A program made the translations under genes and the position numbers. DNA of 64,000 nt. It comes from an uncultured bacterium (GTDB lineage: Bacteria > Lernaellota > Lernaellaia > Lernaellales > Lernaellaceae). The notes under the pieces were generated by a model. That model was not told the DNA's origin. It searched no databases and saw only the letters and a list, made by a program, of their open reading frames with translations. Each line of letters starts with the position of its first letter. Within the stretch, counting starts at the first letter, position 1. Positions 17,507 through 27,046 of this stretch are shown here, in pieces. The stretch is from NCBI GenBank assembly GCA_964511015.1, contig CAZEDX010000002.1:197-64196 (forward strand). The letters run 5' to 3'.

Positions 17507-20500
17507 TCGTCGAGCGCTTCGCGCACCGCGCGCGCTAGGCCGTCGATCGAAAACGGCTTCTGAATGAAGCGGGTACCTGATTCCAGCACCCCGCGGTGGG
17601 TGATGGTTTCCTCGGTGTAGCCCGACATGAACAAGACCTTCACATTGGGCCGGATGCTTTTGACCTGCGCGTAGAGTTCCCGCCCATTCGTCCGGGGCAT
17701 CACCACATCGCTGAGCAGCAGGTCGATCCGGTCGGATGTTTCGTTGACGAGGCGGAGGGCGGTTTCGGCGCCATCGGCCACCAGCACCCGGTATTGCTGC
17801 CGTTCCAGCGCGCGAACGGCCAGGTTGCGAACCAATTCCTCGTCTTCTACCAGTAATATCGTCTCGCCTCCCGCGGAGCGCGAGATCTGTTCGGGCGCAA
17901 CTTCCTCGGTAACCTCATCGTTCACCGCCGGTAGAAAGATCTTGAAACAGGTGCCACGATTGATTTCGGAATAGACGTTGATGAATCCGTGGTTCTGCCG
18001 CACGATGCCGTACACCATCGACAGCCCCAGGCCGGTGCCCTTGCCCTTTTCTTTCGTAGTAAAGAAGGGCTCGAACAGGTGGGGCAGCACATCCTCGCTG
18101 ATACCGGTGCCCGTGTCGCTCACCGCGATCATGATGTATTGCCCGGCGACGGCTTCCGGATGGCTGCGGCAGTACTCTTCGTCGATCCGTACTTGGGCCG
18201 TTTCCACCGTCAGGCGCCCGCCATTGGGCATCGCATCACGCGCATTGATCGCCAAATTGATGAGCGCCTGTTCGATCTGTCCTGGATCGGCCTTGACCCG
18301 CAGCGCGCCGCCGCCCGGCGCAAACAAGAAGTCGACGTCTTCCCCGATCACACGCTTGACCATGCGGCTGGACTGGCCGAGCAGTTCGTTCAAATCGACC
18401 ACCCGTGGATTGATGATCTGTTTGCGTCCGAACGCCAACAACTGTGCGGTCAGCGACGCCGCCCGATCGGTGGCTTTCTTGATTTCCGCCAGGTCGGCAT
18501 AGATGGGGTCCTCGGTACGGACCGAACCCATCAGCATCTCGGTGTAGCCGGTGATGCCGGTCAACAGGTTGTTGAAGTCGTGGGCGATGCCGCCAGCCAA
18601 ACGCCCGATGGCTTCCATCTTCTGCGCCTGACTGAGTTGTTCCTCCAAACGGCCCCGTTCTTCTTCGGCGCGTTTGCGGTCGGAGATGTCGCGCGACAGC
18701 CCGAGAATGCCCACCGGCTGTCCGTTCTCACCGCGCAGAAAGGTGATCCGTGATTCGAACCACAGCAGGTGCCCGTTCTTGTGCCGGTGTTGCGACTCCA
18801 CCACGCGCGAGTGCCGCGGGTCTTTTTCCGGGCTGTCCTCCCGCATTAATTCCTCGGCCAGAATACGTTTGAGCAATTCCAACGAATCGGGTGGGGTAAT
18901 GTGCGACAGCGGCGCGCCCTTGAATTCGTCGACCGAGTAGCCCAACACGCTCTCTACCGCCGGGCTGAGGTAGACGAATTGCAGACTCATCGAGGTGATC
19001 CACACGATGTCGCGGATGTTTTCGGCCAGCATGCGGTATCGCGCTTCACTCTCGCGCAAAGCCTCTTGCTGCTCTTTCTTTTCGGTGATGTCGCGAATCG
19101 ACTCGATCGCGCCGACGATGTTGTGGTTGGAATCAAAGAGCGCGGCCGCCGTGCCCGACAGGAAGCGGGCTCCGCCCGGCAGTGCGGGCGCGTAGGCTTC
19201 GCCGGTCAACGTCTGGCCTTGCCATTCCATGACCAGATAGCGTGAATCCAGCCGGGTTTCTCCGCCCAGGACCTGATCGATCAGAATCGGGCGGCGGTGA
19301 CCATAGAACGGCAGCGAATACTCGTGGTCGCCCCGGCCGAGGATGTCGGACGCCGCTACTCCTGTCATGGTTTCCATCGCCCGGTTCCAGGCGATCACCA
19401 CCCCGTTCTGATCGACCACGAAGGTTGCGTCCGGCAAAAAATCGATGACGTTGGCCAGCGTCTGGCGTGATTCGCGCAACGCGATCTCGGCGTTTTTTCG
19501 GTCGGTGATATCCCGCGTGACTCCGATCAGGCCGATGGCCCGCCCCTGCTCGTCGCGCAGGAAGGTGATTTCGTTCTCGGTCCAGATCAGCGTGCCGTCT
19601 TTGCGGTATTCCTGCAGTTCGACATTGCGCGCCCGGTTGGGGTCGGCGGTGCCGGTTTGCTCCAATTCGAGTTCCTCGGCCAACATGCGCAAGGCCAGTT
19701 CCAACGACGAGGGAGGCAACGAGTCCCCCGGATCCAACGCTAGCATCTCCTCAACGGTGAAACCGCGCACCCGCAGCACCGACGGGCTGATGTAGGTTAG
19801 ACGCAATTCGAGATCCGTCGCCCAGATGATGTCGGCCGCGTTTTCCGCAATCAGCCGGTAACGGCGCTCGCTTTCGCGCAAGGCGTGTTCGGCCAACATC
19901 CGTTCGGTAACGTCGTCGTAGATCACCACGACCTCGCCGGAGGGGAGCCGGTAGAAGAACCAATCGCGCCACCCGCTGCCGTAGCGCGTGGTCGATCGCC
20001 GGTTGGGCAAGAATTCCGGCTTGCCGGTTTGGGTGACCCGTTCGAGCGCCGGTCCAACATCCCAGTGTTCCATTCCCGGGAACAAATCTTTCAGGTGGGC
20101 ACCGGCGGCCTGTTCACGGGTCAGACCGCTGATGCGCAGCGCCGATTCGTTAAAATCAGTAAGAATGAAGTCCTTGCCGTTGTCGATCGGCTGCAGCACG
20201 GCCACGCCACTACGCAGGTTTTCAAACATGGCGCGGTAACGCGATTCGCTTTCGCGCAACGCCTGTTCCATCTGCTTTCTGGCTGAGATGTCCACAAACG
20301 AGCCCATCAGGCATAGCGGCACGCCGCCGGGGTCGGTTACCAACGAACCCGAAAACAGAACTTGGAACTCCACACCGTCCCGCCGCCGCGCGGGGAACTC
20401 GGCCACATACTGCCGCGCACCCTTCATTCTTTCGATCACTGCGCTGTCGTGGTTACGCACACCGCACACTTCGAGCACCGATCTCCCAATCACTTGCCGG

Positions 20501-22029
20501 TCGTCGTCATAACCCCACATAACCAAAAATGCGGGATTGACGTAGGTAACCATCCCGGTCGGATCGGCGATAGCGATGGCGTTGATGGAAGACTCGATGG
20601 CCGCATCTTTGATGCGCAGCGCGCGTTCCGCTTCCCATCGCTTGGTGATGTCGATGCCCAGACCGAAAAAGTAATCGATGCGGCCGGCTTTCATTACCGT
20701 CCGTGCGCGCCATTCGACGAGCAACCGGCGCCCGTCCCGCGCAACCATCCGCAAGACTATTTGCCCGGCGTCGAGGGACTTGAGCAATGTGTCGATCCAA
20801 GATGCACAGAGATCGCGATCGTTCGCGTCCACAAAAGTCGTCAGATAGTCGACGCCAATCACGTCGTCCTGCTCGTAACCCAATGCCGTCAGCATGGATT
20901 CGTTCATCATCAGAGTCGTGCCTTCGGGGCGGACGGCGACAAAGAAGGCGGGAGATGATTCGACAAGATTACGGTTCAATTCCGCCTGAAACTCCAGCGC
21001 CTCGTTGGCTCGGCGTTGGTCGGTAACGTCTTCACCGGAACTCACCAGGTGAGTGATTTCGCCGGTTTCGTCACGCAGCACGGCGTTGCGCCAGGCGATT
21101 CTCTTTTCCTGCCACGAACTGGTAAGCACCGAGTTTTCGTGGAACTCCACCGTGCCGACCTCGCCGGCCATGGCTTCCACAAAAACGCGCCGTGCCTCTT
21201 CCCGTTCCGCCGGCGGCACAAAACGATCGAACCAGTTCTGCCCGATGATGTCTTTGCGTTCACGTTCCAACACCTGGCAGCCGCGATCATTAATGTGTTG
21301 GACCTGCTGGTTGGTGTCCAGCACAATGAGCATCACGTTGGCGATGTTGAAGTAGGTCTGCGCCCGGGCTTTTTCTTCCATCATTTCCCGGTGGGCTTGA
21401 AAGGCCAGAGCCTCACTCTCACGGCGAGCGACGAGTTCGCCCAACATGGACGCGGCGCAATCCAGTTGCTGTTTGGCGTTCTTGACCACGTACGCCGGCC
21501 GGGGCTGATATGCCGCGGCCAGCTTTTTCAGCTTCGCCAAGGGTATGCGATACTCTTCGGCGATCCGTTTGAGCGCGCGGGAGTCGCGCGGCGGCGCACC
21601 AGTAGCCAGACACATCGCCCCGATGACCCTGCCGGCGGCCACAACCGGAACCGCGTAGACCTTCATGCCGCCGCTGCATTTGCGCTCTTTCGGGCGGCCA
21701 GTGGCGATGGCTGCTTTGGAACATCGGCTCCAACACGATTCGTGACACAGCCAACGTCCCGAAGCCATCGCTTCTTTGTCGTCGTCGGTCTCGGCTAGGC
21801 GGCGGGATGCTCGGTCCAATGCCAAACACCAGCCCCGCGAAAAGCGGCCGTAAGCACAATCGCCGTTTGCTTCGAAGAAAGTGACCGATGTGCCTAGCAA
21901 ATCAAGCAGACGGGTAGCGATATTTGCCAGGGTTTCGGTCCCAAGCGCCGTCGCCATCGACCCAGGAGGATTCAAAGACTCCTGGGCTGCGCCGGTTTCG
22001 CGATAGTCCTTTGCTTTTAGTACCCGCAT
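17503..22029 (-). CDS. Giant multi-PAS hybrid sensor histidine kinase/response regulator with Cys-rich N-terminal (possibly PocR-like) sensory domain
   Basis: 1508 aa with at least 7 PAS/PAC-like modules. H-box is LAGGIAHDFNNLLTGITGYTEM. HATPase motifs DTGTGI and GTGLGLSMV. C-terminal receiver ILLVEDEELVRN...IDLLLSDVVMPRTNG. N-terminal region with CHESCW/CSGG motifs. No obvious RBS at 22029, so the start is uncertain. Confidence 0.9.
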   Translation of the reverse strand: MRVLKAKDYRETGAAQESLNPPGSMATALGTETLANIATRLLDLLGTSVTFFEANGDCAYGRFSRGWCLALDRASRRLAETDDDKEAMASGRWLCHESCWSRCSKAAIATGRPKERKCSGGMKVYAVPVVAAGRVIGAMCLATGAPPRDSRALKRIAEEYRIPLAKLKKLAAAYQPRPAYVVKNAKQQLDCAASMLGELVARRESEALAFQAHREMMEEKARAQTYFNIANVMLIVLDTNQQVQHINDRGCQVLERERKDIIGQNWFDRFVPPAEREEARRVFVEAMAGEVGTVEFHENSVLTSSWQEKRIAWRNAVLRDETGEITHLVSSGEDVTDQRRANEALEFQAELNRNLVESSPAFFVAVRPEGTTLMMNESMLTALGYEQDDVIGVDYLTTFVDANDRDLCASWIDTLLKSLDAGQIVLRMVARDGRRLLVEWRARTVMKAGRIDYFFGLGIDITKRWEAERALRIKDAAIESSINAIAIADPTGMVTYVNPAFLVMWGYDDDRQVIGRSVLEVCGVRNHDSAVIERMKGARQYVAEFPARRRDGVEFQVLFSGSLVTDPGGVPLCLMGSFVDISARKQMEQALRESESRYRAMFENLRSGVAVLQPIDNGKDFILTDFNESALRISGLTREQAAGAHLKDLFPGMEHWDVGPALERVTQTGKPEFLPNRRSTTRYGSGWRDWFFYRLPSGEVVVIYDDVTERMLAEHALRESERRYRLIAENAADIIWATDLELRLTYISPSVLRVRGFTVEEMLALDPGDSLPPSSLELALRMLAEELELEQTGTADPNRARNVELQEYRKDGTLIWTENEITFLRDEQGRAIGLIGVTRDITDRKNAEIALRESRQTLANVIDFLPDATFVVDQNGVVIAWNRAMETMTGVAASDILGRGDHEYSLPFYGHRRPILIDQVLGGETRLDSRYLVMEWQGQTLTGEAYAPALPGGARFLSGTAAALFDSNHNIVGAIESIRDITEKKEQQEALRESEARYRMLAENIRDIVWITSMSLQFVYLSPAVESVLGYSVDEFKGAPLSHITPPDSLELLKRILAEELMREDSPEKDPRHSRVVESQHRHKNGHLLWFESRITFLRGENGQPVGILGLSRDISDRKRAEEERGRLEEQLSQAQKMEAIGRLAGGIAHDFNNLLTGITGYTEMLMGSVRTEDPIYADLAEIKKATDRAASLTAQLLAFGRKQIINPRVVDLNELLGQSSRMVKRVIGEDVDFLFAPGGGALRVKADPGQIEQALINLAINARDAMPNGGRLTVETAQVRIDEEYCRSHPEAVAGQYIMIAVSDTGTGISEDVLPHLFEPFFTTKEKGKGTGLGLSMVYGIVRQNHGFINVYSEINRGTCFKIFLPAVNDEVTEEVAPEQISRSAGGETILLVEDEELVRNLAVRALERQQYRVLVADGAETALRLVNETSDRIDLLLSDVVMPRTNGRELYAQVKSIRPNVKVLFMSGYTEETITHRGVLESGTRFIQKPFSIDGLARAVREALDD

Positions 22030-22127
22030 TGATTAACTAATCGGAAACTCACTCGCCGATCATTAGCATACTTAGAACAATAGTGACTTCGCGGAGTTCC
22101 GAAAAGCCCGGGTCATAAAAGTGGCAC

Positions 22128-22781
22128 TTAGTCGCGGTGTCGGACGATTTCCCCCTGCACCAAATAAATGACGTCCTCGGCAATATTGGTGGCGTGATCG
22201 GCAATACGTTCGAGATGGCGTGCCGCCAGCATCATCCAGACATAGTTTTCCAATTGGTCCGGGCGACGGCGAATCGCCCCGAGAATCTGATCATGAATGT
22301 GGTAGTACTCGCGGTCGACAGCATCGTCGTCCGCCAGAACCCGGCGCGCCAGTTCTTCGTCTTGGTTGACTAAAGCATCGAGCCCGCATTTCAACATCGA
22401 CTGGACTTTGCCGGTTATCGTGGTGATGTCAAAAGGCAATTCCACAGCCCCGTTTTCGCAGGCTTCCTTGGCCCGCCGAGCGATGTTGGCGGCCATGTCG
22501 CCGATACGTTCCAGGTCGTTGTTGATTTTCAGCACAGCGACAATGAAGCGCAGATCGGTCGCCACCGGCTGGTAGAGGGCCAATAGCTTGAGGCACTCTT
22601 CTTCGAGATCGACCTCCATCAGATCAATGGCGGCATCGCGTTCGACCACCTTTTGCGCACGGACCGGGTCCATACTTGCTAGCGCCTGCACGGCCTCGTA
22701 CACAATGGCTTCCACTTCGCCACCCAGATCGAGCAACATGCGTTTCACGCGGTCGATCTGACGGGGCAATTTGTTCGCCAT
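22128..22781 (-). CDS. phoU: Phosphate signalling complex protein PhoU
   Basis: Two PhoU repeats with characteristic E(D)xxxD motifs. Sits immediately downstream of pstB. Confidence 0.9.
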   Translation of the reverse strand: MANKLPRQIDRVKRMLLDLGGEVEAIVYEAVQALASMDPVRAQKVVERDAAIDLMEVDLEEECLKLLALYQPVATDLRFIVAVLKINNDLERIGDMAANIARRAKEACENGAVELPFDITTITGKVQSMLKCGLDALVNQDEELARRVLADDDAVDREYYHIHDQILGAIRRRPDQLENYVWMMLAARHLERIADHATNIAEDVIYLVQGEIVRHRD

Positions 22782-22798
22782 GGCTTTTTCCTCCCGTC

Positions 22799-23685
<887 letters not shown>

Positions 23686-23689
<4 letters not shown>

Positions 23690-24546
23690 CTGACTCTCCT
23701 TGCCGTTCCCCAACGCGCCGCGATGTTGAGCAACAACACTGCGGCCATGATCAACAGCGATGCGCCCCAGGCGATCTGCTGCCAATCGGCAAACGGCGAC
23801 ATGGCATAGTTGAATATGGTGACGGTCAGATTGGCCGTCGGTTGCGCCAACGACGACGGCCAGAAGCTGCTGTTGAGCGCGGTAAACAACAAAGGCGCGG
23901 TCTCGCCGCTGATGCGCGCAACCGACAGCAACATGCCGGTGATCAACCCGGTGCGGGCTGCTCGAAAAACCACCCCCAAGGTGACCTTCCAGCGTGGCGC
24001 GCCTAGCGCCAGGGCTGATTCGCGCAAGGCGTTCGGCACTAGCAGCAACATGTCCTCGGTGGTACGCGCGACGACGGGTAACATAATGATCGCTAGTGAC
24101 ACGGCACCGGCGTAACCACTGAAATGGCCGACCGGTTTGACCATCACGGTGTAGACGAATAGCCCGACGATAATCGAGGGCATTCCCATGACCAGATTGA
24201 CGCCGAAACGAACCATAGCGCTGAAGCGTCCGTAGCGGCCGAATTCCGCCAGATAGATGCCAGACAACACTCCGACCGGCACCCCGAGCGCGGTACCGAT
24301 GAGCGTCATCAGCAGGGTGCCAACCAAGGCATTGGCCACCCCTCCACCCGGCATCCCCGGCGGCGCCGGCAACTCCACGAAAAAGGACCAGTTAATGGCA
24401 GCGACACCACGTTGAATAACTACCCAGAGAATCCAACCCAAAAAGAAAATCCCCGCCGCCGCGGCCAGCGTCGCAACGCAATTAACCATCCAATTAATTG
24501 CGATACGCGGGGTGCTAGAACGATGGGGTATCGGCTTGCTGGTCAT
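23686..24546 (-). CDS. pstA: Phosphate ABC transporter permease PstA
   Basis: 6-TM BPD permease with the EAA-like loop. The start at 24546 overlaps the pstC stop (ATGA). The longer ORF to 24588 is possible. Confidence 0.85.
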
Positions 24547-25487
24547 AGCCCGCCCCCACTCCGCAGTCGAATGCGTTTGAGCCACCATTGGGTGAGAGTT
24601 TGTATCACCAATGTGATAACAAACAGCACCAAACCCAGTTCGACCAAGGCGCTCGTATACAGGGGTTCCGAAGCCTCGGTGAACTCATTGGCCAGTGTCG
24701 AGGCAATAGTGTTCCCGGCGGCAAAAAGCGAAACCGACAAGTTATGGCTATTACCAATGACAAAGGTGACGGCCATGGTTTCACCGATGGCCCGGCCAAG
24801 ACCGAGAAATACCGCGCCTAACATACCGCTCAAACCATAGCGAACGGTGATCTGCGAAGTTACTTCCCACGTCGTTCCGCCCATGCCGAAACCGGCCTCT
24901 TTCACCACCGCCGGAACCATGCGGAAAACGTCGCGCATCACGGCACTGACGAAGGGCAGAATCATGAGCGCCAGGACGATGCCGGCGGAAAGCATCCCGA
25001 TCCCCATCGGAGGACCTTGGAACAGCGGGAGAAAACCCAGTGTGCGACCGAGCAGCGGTTGCACGTGCTCGCTCATGAACGGAGCGAATACAAACAGCCC
25101 CCACATGCCGTAGATGATGCTTGGAACCGCTGCCAGCAGTTCAATTGCCTGACCGACCACCGAACTCAACCAAGGGGGTGCCAACTCGACCAGGAACAGC
25201 GCGATGACCAGCCCCATCGGCACCGCCAGCATCATGGCAATAACAGTAGAAACCAGCGTGCCAAACAGGCTGCTCAGGGCGCCGAATTCCCCCGTGACCG
25301 GATTCCAAGCCGTCGACCACAGAAAACCCCAGCCGAACTTGCCGATCGAAAGCTGAGAATTACGCACTAGTTCGATAAACAGTCCGAACACAATGACCAA
25401 AACCAGCGCCGCGGCGCTGGTCATGATCATCTTGAAAGCCCGGTCCAATCGGTTTTCTCGAGCGTGTTGCATACTGCGTTCGGTCAT
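24543..25487 (-). CDS. pstC: Phosphate ABC transporter permease PstC
   Basis: BPD permease homologous to PstC. ATG at 25487 is preceded by GGAGAGAGG with an 8-nt spacer. The track's GTG at 25520 has no RBS. Confidence 0.85.
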   Translation of the reverse strand: MTERSMQHARENRLDRAFKMIMTSAAALVLVIVFGLFIELVRNSQLSIGKFGWGFLWSTAWNPVTGEFGALSSLFGTLVSTVIAMMLAVPMGLVIALFLVELAPPWLSSVVGQAIELLAAVPSIIYGMWGLFVFAPFMSEHVQPLLGRTLGFLPLFQGPPMGIGMLSAGIVLALMILPFVSAVMRDVFRMVPAVVKEAGFGMGGTTWEVTSQITVRYGLSGMLGAVFLGLGRAIGETMAVTFVIGNSHNLSVSLFAAGNTIASTLANEFTEASEPLYTSALVELGLVLFVITLVIQTLTQWWLKRIRLRSGGGL

Positions 25488-25547
25488 CTCACAGACCTCT
25501 CTCCGATTCAGGCAGTGCACCGTCCATCCTTGAATGACGTCACCAAG

Positions 25548-26597
25548 CTAGGGCCAGACCGGATTGCCGCCTGCGCGAATCTCGGCATTCCAGGATTCCT
25601 CCACCAGAGTGACGATGTTCAACGGCATTGGCACGTAGTGCAGGTTGCGGGCGAGATCGGCACCGTAACGGAATCCCCAGTCGAAAAACTTCAGCATCTC
25701 CTTTGCCTTAGCGGCATCCGACTGTTGCCGGTGCAAGAGGATGAAGGTCGCACCGGTAATCGGCCACGTACCGGCGCCAGGCTGGTTGGTCAACACCATG
25801 TAAAAGCCGGGAGCATTAGCCCAGTCGGCATTGGCCGCGGCCGCCTGGAACGACTGAATCGTCGGTTGAACAAAGACACCGGCTTGATTCTGCAGGGCCG
25901 TATGGACCATGCGGTTCTGAAGTGCATAGGCGTATTCTACGTAGCCGATCGCGCCTTTGGTCTTTTGCACAAAGGCTGCCACCCCTTCATTGCCTTTACC
26001 GCCCACGCCGACCGGCCAGGATACAGATTTGCCAAAGCCGACACGCTGATGCCATTCGGCTGAGACCTTGTCCAAATAGTTGGTGTAAATCCATGTAGTT
26101 CCGGAACCGTCCGACCGATAGACGACTGTAATTGCCAAATCGGGCAGCGCCACGCCCGGATTCAGCGTTTTCAAAACCGGGTCGTTCCACTTGACTATTT
26201 TTCCGAGGTAGATGTTGCTCAAAGCCACAGGGGACAAGCGAATCTGTCCTGCTTTGACCCCGGGCACGTTGATCACCGTGACTACCCCTCCAACAACCAT
26301 CGGGAATTGGGTTAAACCGGCCGCGTCTAGCTCGTTTTTATCCAACGGCGCGTCGGAACCGGCGAAGTCCACCGTCTTGGCCTTGATCTGGGCAATGCCG
26401 CCGCCAGACCCGATTGACTGGTAGTTGACTTGGACACCGGCGAGTTTCTGGTATTTGAAGGCCCATTGGGCATATAACGGATAAGGGAAACTGGCCCCTG
26501 CGCCATTCAGGGTGACCGCCGCGTACAATAGGGATCCGCCAACTACGAATAGAACAAAGGCCGCCAAGCCGACAAGAATCCAACCTTTATGTCTCAT
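25548..26597 (-). CDS. pstS: Phosphate-binding protein PstS
   Basis: Signal peptide followed by a periplasmic phosphate-binding fold (NGAGASFPYPLY...SGTT). Heads the pst operon. Confidence 0.9.
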   Translation of the reverse strand: MRHKGWILVGLAAFVLFVVGGSLLYAAVTLNGAGASFPYPLYAQWAFKYQKLAGVQVNYQSIGSGGGIAQIKAKTVDFAGSDAPLDKNELDAAGLTQFPMVVGGVVTVINVPGVKAGQIRLSPVALSNIYLGKIVKWNDPVLKTLNPGVALPDLAITVVYRSDGSGTTWIYTNYLDKVSAEWHQRVGFGKSVSWPVGVGGKGNEGVAAFVQKTKGAIGYVEYAYALQNRMVHTALQNQAGVFVQPTIQSFQAAAANADWANAPGFYMVLTNQPGAGTWPITGATFILLHRQQSDAAKAKEMLKFFDWGFRYGADLARNLHYVPMPLNIVTLVEESWNAEIRAGGNPVWP

Positions 26598-26661
26598 GCC
26601 ATCTCCTTTCGAAGGCCGGTATGTTCCCGGCTATTGATTGCGCTCGGAATGTAAAACCGGG

Positions 26662-26712
26662 CTGTTAGAGGGCCGTTAGCGAATGGATAGTTGTTGGTTT
26701 CCGGTCTGTTAG
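26662..26712. promoter_or_regulatory. Pho-box-like phased direct repeats (CTGTTAG n4 CCGTTAG ... CTGTTAG; 11-bp phasing) in the pstS / PAS-GGDEF divergent intergenic region
   Basis: Repeats begin at 26662, 26673 and 26706, i.e. spacings of 11 and 33 bp. They sit 65-115 bp upstream of the pstS start codon. They resemble the enterobacterial PhoB box CTGTCAT-n4-CTGTCAT. The TGT-containing strand is the + strand, pointing toward the divergent PAS-GGDEF-HD-GYP gene. Confidence 0.4.
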
Positions 26713-27046
26713 CATTTGCTTCTCTTCTCCGTCAATCAGATTGCGCAAAACACCTATTGGTCGCTCGTGCGCCTGCCGATACCAAGACTAGCGAGAAGGT
26801 ATATTCGGGAGCAGTCGGTCTATCTCGGGCAAAAATGAACGGACAAGAGTCGATGGAACGCGTAACGCTTGACTGCGAATGGCGGTTGTCGGATTCTGGT
26901 TTGGGGCATCAAAAGCTCACGCGAAAAATGCATCTTAGCTAACCTCCGGATCGGGATTCGGTGCCTCCAACGGCTTGTTACAGACCGTTCTTGACGAGGT
27001 ATTGAAGAAATATCGTTTGGGTCAAGGCCGAGGGGAAGCCGATACG

